Positions 13,081-26,432 of a stretch of 64,000 nucleotides of DNA are shown here, one piece after another. The notes beneath the pieces are model-generated. The model saw only the letters and a list, made by a program, of their open reading frames with translations. It made no database searches and was not told the DNA's origin. How positions within the stretch are numbered: position 1 is the first letter of the stretch; each line of letters starts with the position of its first letter. The DNA comes from Octopus sinensis (lineage: Eukaryota). Made by a program: the position numbers and the translations under genes. Location of the stretch: assembly GCF_006345805.1 (NCBI RefSeq), contig NC_042999.1, positions 119,536,001 to 119,600,000 of the forward strand, read 5' to 3'.

Positions 13081-14399
13081 ACACATGGGTGTGGTGTGTG
13101 TGTGTGTGTGTGTGTGTGTGCCTGCATGCGTGTGTGTTTGTGCTTGTGTATGTGTGTGTGTGTGCCTGCATGTGTGTGTGTGTTTGTGTGTGTGTGCATG
13201 TGTGTGCATGCATGTGTGTGCATGCATGTGTGTGTGTTTGTGTGTGTGTGTGTAAATGTTTATTCAACACTTATGTACTCATTAGCATTTAACAATAACT
13301 GTTGTCTTTCCACTTCAAATATTTTTTTCTCATGAAGAAGATATTTTAGTAAATATTGATGTGTTTCAAAAATATTTCATAACACATGTTTTCAAGATCT
13401 CTTGTTTGACTGCTAGTAGAAATATTATATTTCAAAGTATCATCTTATTTGTAAAATTGATTTTTTTTATGCTCTTCTAGTTTACCGAACTGCAATTAAT
13501 GTCTAATGGCTTGTATAGAGAGATGGTTCTCCAGAATGACTTACTAACCATGCACTTGATGGACAAAAAAAAAGAATTTGGTTGAAACCCAATGATTCAT
13601 GGATAGTTCTGAGATTCTTTACAATCAAAGCTAAAATTATAATATGAATTGTAATATTTATTTTATAATAAAATCTTCTTAAATATTCTAGAATCTTTAA
13701 GATGACTCAGAATATATATAAATAGAATGTAAATATTGAAAATACCAATTTTAATTTTAAAAAATTCAATTATTCATTTTTATAAATGCTATTATCACTA
13801 ACTAGCCTTTAATATTCTCAGTTATCCAAACAAAAATTATAATTTCTTTTATGATGATTTATATATAATCTAAATGAGTACAAAACATTATATAACCAGA
13901 GTATGCACATTTTGAATATCTTTCTAATACATTAAGCATATCATTAAATATTTTCTTATTAGTTGTCAAGAGAAAAGTAAATCTAATAAACATGTGCACA
14001 CATACCTGCACATGATTATATTAATGAGGGGAAAAATGGAAAACATAAGGCAAAAGATAAGCAGTCTTCATGCTGATGCTAATATAATGTTATTTCAATT
14101 CATAGCTAAGGCTATTTCACTTCAATTTAACTGCTAATGCCTTTTGGAAAGGAACATCCATACTGTTTCTCATATCCTCTTCACTTAGATTATAAAGGTT
14201 TGTACTCAGTAAAAAAATCATAATAATCAATAATAGAAAGCAGAGAGATGAAAAGAAGGATTTGCTGCAATAAAGATTTCAAGTAAAACTTGAAATTAAA
14301 GAAATGACTGAGAAATCCAAAATGTAATAGCAAAAAGCAATTGATAAGGGCTAGGAATTGAAAGAAAATTACAAACATTTTCAAAGTTTAAAAAAATAT

Positions 14400-14830
14400 G
14401 TATAACAGACATCGACAAGCAAGAAACTTTAGAATGTTGGAGCTAAAAATAAATTTAACCCAATAATAATATAATGATATAATATAATAATATAATCCCA
14501 ATAATAATAGATGAACTACTGAAATGGCACAAGACAAAGAATGACATCATACTAGAATTATCTATGACCAGATAACCCAGGTTCTTCATTCTGTTTCAAC
14601 AAAGATATCTTCATTGGCTGTATACTGTATGTATGTAGTATGCCAGATGAGATCTCGGAGGGTCTGCTGTATAAGGAACTGGCCTCTGGCAAGAAAGCAC
14701 AAAGGTAAACCCATTTTCATTTCAATGATATCTGCGTGAAGGACATGAAGTTAGTGACGATAAACTTTGAGAAGTGGGAGGACACTGTGAGTGATCGATC
14801 TGTAGGGAGCTGCAACTAGGGAGGGATTGA
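14400..14830 (+). mobile_element. Decayed RTE-type LINE C-terminal remnant
   Basis: MPDEISEGLLYKELASGKKAQR*THFHFNDICVKDMK...EKWEDTVSDRS matches the RIPKxLLYGELxxGxRxxGRPxLRFKDxxKRD...W...DR pattern. Confidence 0.7.
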
Positions 14831-15387
14831 ATATGAAGAAGAGAAGCTGAGTCTTGCTGCAGAAGAAAAGTGCCTTAAAAAAGCATAAGGATAATGGGTA
14901 TTACTAGTAGACAGGATCTTAAAAATCAGCCACATCAGACATTGAAGATTGAAGATTGAAGCAAGACTTTTCAGGTCTTGCAAGATTAAGAGTTTCAGAA
15001 GTCATATTGCTTGTCTTAGCATAGAAGCATAGATTGTCAATTCTATAGGGTATCAGACAACCGAATGAAAATTAGCATTAACACTGAACTTTCTCCATGA
15101 AAATGATTCTTCACCTGTAGAAGTAAGTTTAGCAAAATTGACCTGTTGTATGCAGCACTATAATTGTGAAATTGATAACTTATTTGTCAAGTTACAGTGT
15201 TCATTTCAGCTCTTCTTGTGGGCCTGGAGAAGCTATTCTACATTTCAGTTTCAAATCAGACTGTTTAGTCATACCAGCAGTTCACATTACACTTGAATCT
15301 CGATTGTGGTCCTGGTTATAGGAAAAAGTTTATGTTTGATACATCAATCCAGTTTAATCCAAGTAGCTGGTTTTTATGTTCCTTTAA

Positions 15388-15603
15388 CCCTTTCATTACC
15401 AGCCCAGCTGAAACTGGCTCTGACTCTGAGTACAAATGTCTTGTTTTCATAAGTTTTTCATTAAAATCTTACACCAAACCTTAGTCACAATTTATGTTCC
15501 TAACACTAGCTGAATGATAACTAAATTATTTTACTAAATTCTTTGTTATATTTAAAGTAACTGAAAGAAACACAGAGCATCTCTAAATACAGTAAAAAAA
15601 GGG
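15388..15603. mobile_element. piggyBac-type MITE
   Basis: TTAA|CCCTTT...AAAGGG|TTAA (TSD 15384-87 and 15604-07). Confidence 0.75.
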
Positions 15604-15957
15604 TTAATTTTTGCAAAGTTTATGCTGCTTTCCTGCAAACAATGACCAACAAATATTCTGGCTATAATCTGTACCAAATTAGTTGCTTAAGAGGATGACA
15701 AAAGTAATAAATACTTATTTAGTAGTTTTGCTAAAGACTCTTTAGCTGTAATGCTGTATCAATATTTATACCAGCATTGTGGCTTGTGAAGAGGAATGAA
15801 GTGTTGCATTGGTAACAAACTCCACACAAGAAATATGAACATTTCTGAACATAGCTGAAATTTATGGTCCTATGTCTTCTGGAATATCAGAAACATGTAA
15901 TCTTGTAACACAATAATTATAGAATATTTTTTTTAAGAAGAAAATTTAATTCATTTA

Positions 15958-16383
15958 AAGGTGTGGCTGTGTGGTAAGAAGCTTGCTTCCTTACCATATG
16001 GTTCTGGGTTCAGTGCCACTGCATGGCACCTTGGGCAAGTGTCTTCTGCAACAGCTTTGGGCCAACCAAAGCCTTGTGAGTGGATTGAGCAGATGGAAAC
16101 TGAAAGAAGCTTGTTATATGTATATATATATATATATGTGTTTGTGTTTGTGCATGTGTGTGTGTGTGTATGTGTGTGCACGTATGAGTGTGTGTGTGTG
16201 TGTGTGTGTGTGTGCTGGTGTATTTACGCCTCTGTAACTTAGTGGTTTGGCAAAAGCAAGCAATAGAATTAGTACCAGGTTTTAAAAAAAGTAAAATTTA
16301 CTGGGCTCAATTCATTTAACTAAAATTCTTCAAGGCAGTGCCCCAGCATGGCCACAGTCTAATATGTGAAACAAGTAAAAGAT
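15958..16383 (+). mobile_element. SINE family B, full copy with internal microsatellite
   Basis: Head, ttgggcaagtgtcttct block, (TA)/(TG) tract, and ccagcatggccacagtc...gaaacaagtaaaag 3' end. Confidence 0.85.
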
Positions 16384-16499
16384 ATTACCAAAATTGCAAT
16401 AAAAATAGGAAAAGTTTATGAAATGTACATTTAAAAGTAAAATTAAATTGGATGAAATGATCTGGCTAAGCTTAATCAGATTTACTCAACTAAATCACA

Positions 16500-17200
16500 T
16501 CATTCATTATGATCCCCAAAATATTGTAGCATTCATAAGGCCAAAGGACTACATCCTGTGCTTATACAGTGCTGGTCAGTCAAGGTTTTTTGCTGGGTGG
16601 TCAAACCATAGATATCCATGCAGGCAGCGAGCTAGCAGAAACATTAGCACGCTGGGTGAAATGCTTAGCGGTATTTCATCTGCTGTTATTTTCTGAGTTC
16701 AAATTCTGCCAAGGTCGACTTTGCCTTTCATCCTTTCGGGGTTGATAAATTAAGTATCAGTTATGCACTAGGGTCGATGTAATCGACTTAATCCCTGTTT
16801 GTCTGTCCTTGTTTGTCCCCTCTATGTTTAGCCCCTTGTGGGTAGTAAAGAAATAGGTATTTCGTCTGCCGTTACGTTCTGAGTTCAAATTCCACCAAGG
16901 TCAACTTTGTCTTTCATCGCTTCAAGGTCGATAAATTAAGTACCAGTTGTGTATTGGGGTCGATCTAATCGACTGGCCCTCTCCCCCAAAATTTCGGGCC
17001 TTGTGCCTAGAAAAGAAAAGGATATCCATGCTGGAGTATTCATAGCAATGCATCACTATTGAGTTCTTGCTTAACTCTCTAGCAATATCCTGCAACTTGA
17101 ATGTATCTTTATTTAATGACATCAGTGTTTGCAAGAAGACTGTCGTATGGTCTTTGTTTGATCAGTATTTTTTGTCTGGGAGAAGTTCAGAATGTCTCAT
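16500..17200 (-). mobile_element. Decayed RTE-X-like LINE remnant interrupted by a SINE dimer
   Basis: Rejoined flanks read RYIQVAGYC*RVKQELNSDALL*ILQHG...PAK, like the 260-575 element. Confidence 0.5.
16622..17020 (+). mobile_element. Dimeric SINE family C insertion with 11-bp TSD
   Basis: gatatccatgc at 16611-16621 and 17021-17031 flanks two tandem family C units. Confidence 0.85.
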
Positions 17201-17624
17201 AACATGTGTGTTTGAACAATCAAGCCTTACCTCAAAGTAATCTGAATGATTGGATAAGTAGAAATCATAAAATAGAAAGAATACGAGGAGAGAAGAGAGA
17301 TGGAGTATAAAGGGAATGATACAGCAAGGAAGGAGACACATAGAAAAAAGGAAGAATGAGAAAAAGCCAAAAGCAAAAACAAAAAAAAAGCAGTGAATGA
17401 GATGAAAGACAGAAAAAAGAAAGGAGATAAAATAGAAGAAAATAAAAGAGTGAAAGGCAAGGAATATAGAGAAAAACAGATTTTGCTTGAAAACAACATA
17501 AAGCAGTAATGGCAATAGTAACAACAGTAAAAATATCAATAACAACAACACTATAGTACTTGGGTTAAGAGCATGAAAAACAACAACAGTAACAACTATA
17601 TTAATATAATTGACATCATCATCA

Positions 17625-17656
<32 letters not shown>

Positions 17657-17907
17657 ATAATATTATTGATAATAATAACTACAATAATAATTCCTTCATT
17701 TATTAGCCATGCAGACCCATACAACAAAAAAAGGGTTAATAGTGTAGTCATGTGAGGATATAGAAACGTAGCTATATTAGGAAAAACATACACTATGTGT
17801 GCGTGTGTATGTGCATGAGTGTGCATGTGTGTGCATATCTATGTATATATATATATGTGTATGTATATATATATATATAAGTATATTAAAAGTTGATGCA
17901 GACATAC

Positions 17908-17940
<33 letters not shown>

Positions 17941-18593
17941 CGCATTCATCCTATGAATAGGTAGAGGTTTACCTGAGTGTGTGGTGTGCTGAATGAAATA
18001 AAGTAAATACAACAAATGAATGCAAACTATATTCATGTGAGAAGCCATCTTCTTATTTGCATCAGAACACCTCACTATTTTGACTAACTCCCACTCCTTG
18101 TTCTCCTTCGTCAGCACATCATCTGCAAGGGTTCTTTCCAAGTCATTCAGCAGATCAATGTGTAACTGATCTGTGATGTGGATGCCCATCTAATCCAATC
18201 TACCTGAGAGGCATGCTCTTCCCTGTGGATTTTTAGAAACTTTTATCTAGATTAACTTCCTTTGTGCTCTTTTTTCTCTTTTTGCCATCACCACAAGTTT
18301 CTATTCCCCTTCACCCCCCCCCCATTTACTTCTCAGCTTTGCTAGGCAAAAGTATAATACTACTTAAAGATTGGTCTTTTTGTAACCAACGGTGTTATAG
18401 AAATAGCAGTTTCTGGGTCCTGCTTTTGCTTTGTTGTCCTTTTTGCTAACTGCTGCTTCCTCTTCTCTTCTATTCTAGCTCGTCAGGATAAAATGCCTTG
18501 ATATGACTCTTACTGCCACTTGTGTAATAGCTTGGTCTTCTGCTCTACACCACCAATCATATTGCTTCTCTTTTCTTGCCTCTGTAATGAAAT

Positions 18594-18911
18594 TAAAAAA
18601 AAAGGTGGCCCTTTGCAAGCTTAGCCAGGATCATGGGCCCAGTTTATTAGTTTCTGTGGCGTATGTGTTCCCCCCAGCTGGACGGGACACCAGTCCATCG
18701 CAGCATTACTCAAGAAACAGGAAGAAAGAGTGAGAGAAAGTTGTGGTGAAAGAGTACAACAGGAGTCGCCACCACCCCCTGCCGGAGCCTCGTGGAGCTT
18801 TCTTAGGTGTTTTCGCTCAATAAACACACACAATGCCCAGTCTGGGTATCGAAACCGTGATCCTCTGACCGCGAGTCCGCTGCCTTAACCACTGGGCCAT
18901 TGCACCTTCAC
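18594..18911 (-). mobile_element. SINE family A (tRNA-like head, V-SINE-like central block) with 12-bp TSD
   Basis: A box tggcccagtggtt, B box ggtttcgatacc, gctgcgatggactggtgtcccgtccag; TSD ctgtaatgaaat at 18582-93 and 18912-23. Confidence 0.85.
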
Positions 18912-18943
18912 CTGTAATGAAATACAGGTCTAAAATGATTCTG

Positions 18944-19277
18944 TGATCTTCATGGGTTACTAGAAATTTTCCATCCTACCTAGGCCCTGCCAAGCCATCT
19001 ATTATTTTTGGTCAGCTCTGTGCGTATAAACTTCCCTTATTGTGTGGTGATGATGACAATAAACCAAAGCTCAATGACCCTTCCAATATCCCTGGTTGTG
19101 ACTGTTATGTTCTGCTGCCCCATATAGTGTGGCATACAAATTCCTCCTTTCACCTACTCATGACCAGATCTAGAAGGCCAGGTATATACCTCTCCTATAA
19201 CACTATAACAAAATTTTTATTTATTTTTGTCTTTGGTCAGTAAGTGTTATTGCCTACTTGCTTCCATTTAGAAATCA
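18944..19277. repeat. Local duplication, copy 1 (of 20633-20990)
   Basis: Near-identical to copy 2 apart from scattered substitutions and a 25-nt deletion between gtgtg microhomologies. Confidence 0.9.
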
Positions 19278-20632
19278 AAGGAAATGGCTACTATTACATT
19301 CAGACTTTGCTTTTGTGACTTGGGCATCAATGTTTTGAAACTGACCTATTTTCCATTACATTTCAAACAGATTCAGCGCTGAGTTATTGAAGCAGAAATA
19401 TTGTTATAGCATATATTTTGTTCAATATCACAGATTTGTTTGTCATTTGCTTGACCTTAATCACTTGAACATGTCCTTTAATGACTGTCAATATGTGCCT
19501 CTCTGAGAGGGATTTGGGATTCAAATAAATGTAACAAAAGCAAAGTTTGAACGAAATATTTGCCATTTTTAATATTTTCTAGGGGTAAGCAAATAGGAAA
19601 TCACCATTGCTACACAAGAACAAAAATTGTATCACTCAATGATAATATATCTTTGTTTCTGGAGCTGACCTGCATTCAGAATTTCTGTCGTGTTTAAAAC
19701 ATTAAAAGATTTACTGCTTTTCTTGCAGTCTTCCTTACTTGTTGCCTTTTGTAAAATTGTCAACTCTGTTCAGTGTAGTGTTAGGATTTGTTTTTCATTG
19801 GTTAAATGTCATCTGCATTTTTGTGTCTGTTTGCCATGTTTTCATAACATTGCTACCTTGAGGGTAGGATCAGTGCTATTTCTTTCCTTGATATTACCTC
19901 TCCACCCCAGCTAAAGAAGGAATCATCTTTAAACATTTGTAAATAAATATTTTTAAAACTGAATAAATGTTTTAAAAAAAGTATTCATTTTATCTTGCCT
20001 AAGGTAATGGAGCAAACCTCCAAAAATTCCAATTTCTTGATTTTTTGATCAAATAAAATATTGTGAATTTCAAACAATGCCTAGAGTAAACAAAGTACAC
20101 CTGTTGTCAACAAAAGCAAACAATAATTATTCTTACTTTTTCAAACAGGCAGAATCCCAGAAATTGGTAGTGGTGGTGGTGGTGAGGTTTGTTAATTTTA
20201 TTAACCCCCAGAGCTTGATTGATAATTTATTTTCATTAACTCAGACAGAATAAAAGGTAAATTTGATTTCAGTAGGATTTGAGCACAGAACATATAGAGC
20301 TGGATCAAATGCTACAAAGCATTTTGTCTGATGCTGTAATGATTTTGTCATATAGTTATTGCTTATTTCTGATTTGGGTAGAAGGACAGCAAAGTTTAGT
20401 TGAAGGATGTTTGTTGAAACTGCCAACTCCATTATTTGACTACTATTTCATTTTCTCAACCCCACTGAAATGAAAAATAATATTGACTTCAGTGCGATTT
20501 AACTCAGAATGTAAAGAGCTGAGAATAATACTGGTTTCAAATTTTTGCACAAGGCCAATAATTTCTGAGGAGGGGCTAAGTAGATTACATCGACCCCCAG
20601 TACTCAACTGGTACTTATTTCATTCACCTTGC

Positions 20633-20990
20633 TGATCTTCATGGGTTACTAGAAATTTTCCATCCTACCTAAACCCTGCCAAGCCAACTATTATTTTTGG
20701 TCAGCTCTGTGTGTATAAACTTCCCATATTGTGTGGTGATGATGACAGTAAACCAAAGCTCAATGACCCTTCCAATATCCCTGGCTGTGACTGTTATGTT
20801 CTGCTGCCCCATATAGTGTGACTGGAATCTGATTGCAGATGTGTGGCATACAAATTCATCCTTTCGTCTACTCATGACCAGATCTAGAAGGCCAGGCATA
20901 TACCTCTCCGATAAAACTGTAACAAAATTTTTATTTATTTTTGTCTTTGGTCAGTAAGTGTTATTGCCTACTTGCTTCCATCTAGAAATC
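20633..20990. repeat. Local duplication, copy 2
   Basis: See copy 1; flanked by inverted family C SINE fragments (ctggtacttattt / aaataagtaccag). Confidence 0.9.
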
Positions 20991-21095
20991 ATAATAATAT
21001 GATTAATAAAATAAGTACCAGTTGAACTGGAAAAAAAATATTCCAAGAAGTTTTTATCTGACACTCAAATGATTCTATTACCTTACTACCTTTAA

Positions 21096-21300
21096 CTATT
21101 TGGAATTTTAGCCAAAATATTCTACATGTTTTATAGTCAAAGTTGCCAGATCCAGCTTTTCCCACCTACCACAATATTATTTCAAAAATAAAATAATCAC
21201 ATCATTGAAACCTTGAAGCTATGGGATAATGCATGGTTAATTCAAAACAATGTGGATAAATAAACATTACACTTGACTGAATAATCTGAGTGCTAAAGGG
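21096..21300. mobile_element. piggyBac-type MITE, second family, degenerate
   Basis: Same internal sequence as 41092-41311; ends tgctaaaggg|ttac. Confidence 0.65.
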
Positions 21301-21359
21301 TTACATTATTTCTAGTTTACATACAAAACTAGCAATTTCAGGTGGAGAATATTACTCAA

Positions 21360-21958
21360 CTAGCTGACCCCATGCCGTCAAAAATTACGGCTAATAGTAG
21401 TATTTTATATATAAACGTGCAAAACGTCCAATGGACGGTGCTGAATCATATCTGCTGAATAAAAAGCAATCAGTGTTTTCTTTACCTTAAAAAATAATTA
21501 AGCCTGCCTTTATTTCAATAAAATTTTTGGTTTTTGTTAAACGAAGTTAAGGCAAAAAAAAAACTTCTCGAGAAACCAAATAGTCTTTCCTTCCTTCATG
21601 CCAAGTTTGAAGAAGATATCTTTTTTGCATCTTACTTTTTTGGTCTTTTAAATATACTGAATTTTGTGGCATTATTTCAAGCCAGCCAGCTTTTTTCGTG
21701 CAAACTGCACATACATTTTTCTCACGTACATGTAGTATGGATCGCAACAGCTGATGTACTTGCATGTGCAAATGCATGTTCTCAAGGCTTTATTGATCGC
21801 ATTCTCACCTGGAATCGATTTTTGTAATTTTTCAAGACTTATACACGCCCTGATACCATTGGTATCTACATATCAAATTTGAGCACAATCGGATGGAGGA
21901 TGCCCAAGATCCTAGAAGACACACACACAGACAGACAGAATGGATTCTATAGAATAGA
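21360..21958 (-). mobile_element. Non-autonomous Helitron-type element
   Basis: Minus strand A|TCTATTCTAT...(ctgt/gt)n at the 5' end; 3' GCCGT-aatttttg-ACGGC hairpin 10 nt before CTAG|T. Confidence 0.75.
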
Positions 21959-23559
21959 TAACAAAGAAAGAACATGGATGGTAATTCAAATTATTACACC
22001 TGTCAACGTTATCTAGTGGTTGTCTTTTGAGATGTGACAGTTTGTTACTGACATTCACATACAAACATTTATATACTTCCCTTGTACCTACACACACATG
22101 TACTCACACAGAGTTGAAACACCATTTGATTTTTCTTTTCAGCGTTGAACGTTCACCATCCCACTTCCATTGCACACACACACACACACGCACATACACA
22201 CACACACACACACACACATACAGACACATACTCACACAGAGTTGAAATACTTTTATATTTTTTCACTATAGAATTTCCATCATCCCACTACCAGTTTGGC
22301 ATTACCCCTCCCTTCCTTATTCATCTATCACCCCTTCCTTTCTCATTTATGTGTTATGACAGATAAAAGCACAAGAACATTATTATAGTAGATGCTATCA
22401 TCCCAGTACTGAACTGGTACTTTATAGTCTTAGTCTCCAAAAGAATAAAATCAAAGTTGACCTTGAGAGGATCAGAACTTAAGATGTAAAGAGTCAAAAG
22501 AAAGACTTCAAAGAATTTTGTGTGACACCCTAATGACTTGAGCTCCCAATTCAAATTCATAATAATGGAATTGGTTGGCAACAGATAGTTATGGGAATCT
22601 GTGAAAGCAGCAACTATGTGTGTGTGTGTATTTATATATATATATAAACACATATACAGATTAATAGATTAACAGATTATATGATTAATAATCATCATTG
22701 TTTTTTATGTTCATATTTCCTGTTGCTGGTATAGGGTTTGAATGAGGTGTTTTGTGACAGTTTTTTTACAGCTGGGTGCCATTCCAACTGCCCAATCAAA
22801 TCTATGTAAAGTGGTGTACATTTAAACACACAAATATACACACGTGTGTGCGCATACACACACTCACACGTACACATACAAACAAAATTAACTTTTGCTC
22901 AATTTTTGTTAACCAAATTTCACTCACAAGGCACCGGTAACCCAAGTCTATAGTAGAAGATGCTTGTTCCAGGTTCACAAAGTAGTATATCCTTAAGCCT
23001 CCAGTATCAAAGTATGGTTGATATTGTCGATGATAGAAAATGAATACACTGTAACAGCATTATAACAATACAAAATAGAAACAGCAGCAGTAACAAACAT
23101 GTAATAATCCAACAAAATTTAATGAACCAATGATCAATATTTCCAACACATTAACTCAAACTGTAAACTGTACCTGGGCTTCAAAGAACAAACTACAAAC
23201 TGCAGACTGTGTTGAACCACTACAATTTATATGTAGTGATCCTGACTATTCTCATCAAAGGGTGTGGTACTCTCACCATAACACAAAGTGAAATTGAACT
23301 TAAAATCATTTGGTTACAAAGAAAGCTTTCCTAACCACGCAGCCTGTCAGATATAGTGTATTTGTTATTCATAGATTCAGCCTTGATAAAAATTTTGTCA
23401 CATTGATTCAAGTAGAGGATTATGTAAAGAATATATGTGACTGTGGAATACTCAGCCACTTGCTCAATAATTTAATGAGAAGGAAGTGCAGATGAATGAA
23501 TGAACAACTGAATGCTCGTCATTGGCAATGATGGAGGATTCCACTACAATGTGCGAAAA

Positions 23560-24240
23560 AAGGACCATAACAACCACATCAATAACAACTCTGACAGGAA
23601 GGACAATAAAAATTCTTAATGTGACCTGATGAACAAGTGTGAGAATAGCCAACAACAAGATGGCTTACAAGAACAACAACACTAACAACAATGATGATGA
23701 TGATGATGTTGAAAACAACATGAGGCAAGAGAAATATTCAGCAACAAAGTAAAAAATTGGTAGTAATGATAGAGTTGACAACAACTACTATACAACAACA
23801 ACAGCAACAATTACAAAAATGGTGGGGTAATGGAATAAATAATTTAAAAATTAGCAACAAAAATATGACAGCTTGTACAACAATATTATGTGAATCAGCA
23901 GCAATAACAACAGCAACAATAACAATAACAAACAACAACAACTACTACTATAATGACAACATTTATAGAATCAGCATTAACAAGAAGAACAACAAAATGT
24001 AAACAGTGACAGGAACAATATCATAATCAACAGATAGCATGACAGCTTCTGCAACAACAACAACAATAACATCAACAACAATAATAATAACAATAGCAAT
24101 GAGGAATATGAGAACCACCAGAGAAAGAACATTATGTTTTGCTTGAAACATGACAGGTTATAAAACAACATTAATAGCATCATCATCATCATCATGAACA
24201 ACAGAGCAGCAGCAGCAGTAGTAGCAGCAGCAACAACTTG
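23560..24240 (+). repeat. CAA/CAG/AAT-rich low-complexity tract (similar tract 25010-25420)
   Basis: Degenerate trinucleotide runs, stops in all frames. Confidence 0.85.
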
Positions 24241-24301
24241 GCTCTCCGTTGGTTATGATGGTGAGTTTTCCAGTTGATATAATTAACCGAGTAGCCTCTT
24301 T

Positions 24302-24506
24302 TACTGGTTTTAGTCATGTGACTGGCCATGCTGGAGCACCACCTTTAGTCGAGCAAATCGACCCCAGGACTTATTCTTTGTAAGCTTAGTATTTATTCTA
24401 TCGGTCTCTTTCACCAAACTGCTAAGTTACGGGGACGTAAACACACCACCATCAGTTGTCAAGCGATGTTGGGGGGAGAAACACAGACACACAAACATAT
24501 ACATAC

Positions 24507-24575
<69 letters not shown>

Positions 24576-24732
24576 TACAACGGGCTTCTTTCAGTTTCCG
24601 TCAACCAAATCCACTCTCAAGGCTTTGGTCAGACCAAGGCTATAGTAGAAGACACATGCCCAAGGTGCCACGCAGTGTGACTGAACCCGGAACCATGTGG
24701 TTCATAAGCAAGCTACTTACCACACAGCCACT
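24302..24732 (-). mobile_element. SINE family B, full copy
   Basis: Reverse complement of 26015-26432 including the internal (TA)n. Confidence 0.85.
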
Positions 24733-26014
24733 GCTAGTGAAACTAATATGCAAGTGGCTGAGTGCTCCACAGACACATGTGACCTTAAAGTAGTTTTGGG
24801 GTAGATTTAGCATGACACTGAATGTGACAAGGGTGGCCCTTTGAATTAGAGGTACAGCACATTTTTACCAGTGGTGTGAACTAGATCGATGAGAAATAAA
24901 GTGCCTTGCTCAAGGATGCCATGTGCCATTAGGAAACTAGGGATCGAACCCATGACCATACTATCATCCTGAACCAAATATTCTGACCACTAAGCCATGT
25001 GCTAACACTGAACAATATCAATTACAAGAAGAGCAAAACCAACAACAACTATAACAAATGTGACAGCAGCAACAACAACGACTACATTGGCAGTATCAGC
25101 AACTTCAGCACGGCAGCAGTAAGATCATTCATAGTGATGACAGAAGCAGTAATCATAGTAATTTGAACAACATTGATGACACCTGCATTGGTAACAACAG
25201 CAACAAAGACAACACAAGTATAAAATGCTAGGAAAATATAATGATCAGCAAAATGCATATTTTTTACAATGACAACAGCAACTATAATGACATTATCAAC
25301 AACAACAGCATGGACAATGACTACAACAAGAACAATACTGACAAGGGCAATAGCAGCAGCAGCAGCAGCATGTACAATGGCGGTATGACTAGCAGCAGAA
25401 AGAGGAACTCTTTAAATGAGTGAAGATATAAGGATTGTCTATGACAGAAAAAATTGCTAATGAGACAGCAATAAGAAATATTAGAAAAAAATTGTTTGAA
25501 AAACGATCAAGGTTAGTTATAAAAATTTGACAACAACCACATCAAAAGCAATAACATCATAGTCATCATCATCATCATCATCATCATTTAATATTAATTT
25601 TCCATGCTGGCAAGGATTGCATGGCTTAACAGGATCTAGTGAGCTGCAAGACTGTAGCATTGAGCTCCATTGTCAACTTTGATATGGTTTCTATGGCTGG
25701 ATGCCTTTCCTAATGCTAATCACTAAACAACGTGTTCAAGTGTGTCACCAGAATTAACGAGGTGGTTGACTAACATGTAAAACTAGAAAAGAACAAGAAA
25801 TGGAAAAAACCCTTTAAGTAAGAGAGGGAAGGTTTTTTTTTTTTTTAGTGGCGTTGAGACGTTAAAGTATAGTAGGACAAGCATAGGTGTTTTTCTACAA
25901 AGAAGATACATGGCTCGACTGCATTATATAAGGGTTAGAGTATCTGGGAAGATGGTATAGATGATAAAGATGAGATCAAAGAGCAAACTTTCAAAATATA
26001 AAAAAGTAAGTATA

Positions 26015-26185
26015 GGCGCAGGAGTGGCTGTGTGGTAAGTAGCTTGCTTGCCAACCACATGGTTCAGGGTTCATTCCCACTGAGTGGCACATTGGGCAAG
26101 TGTCTTCTACTATAGCCTCAGGCTGACCAAAGCCTCGTGAGTGGATTTGGTAGACAGAAACTAAAAGAAGCCCGTCATATATATG

Positions 26186-26220
<35 letters not shown>

Positions 26221-26432
26221 GTGTGTGTATACATTTGTGCATCTGTGTTTGTCCCCCCAACATCGCTTGACAACCGATGCTGGTGTGTTTACATCCCTGT
26301 AACTTAGCAGCTCGGCAAAAGAGACTGATAGAATAAGTACTAGGCTTACAAAGAATAAGTCCTGGGGTCAATTTGCTCAACTAAAGGCAGTGCTCCAGCA
26401 TGGCTGCAGTCAAATGACTGAAACAAGTAAAA
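26015..26432 (+). mobile_element. SINE family B, full copy
   Basis: ggcgcaggagtggctgtgtggtaag A box, ggttcattccc B-box-like, internal microsatellite, 3' gactgaaacaagtaaaagag. Confidence 0.9.
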
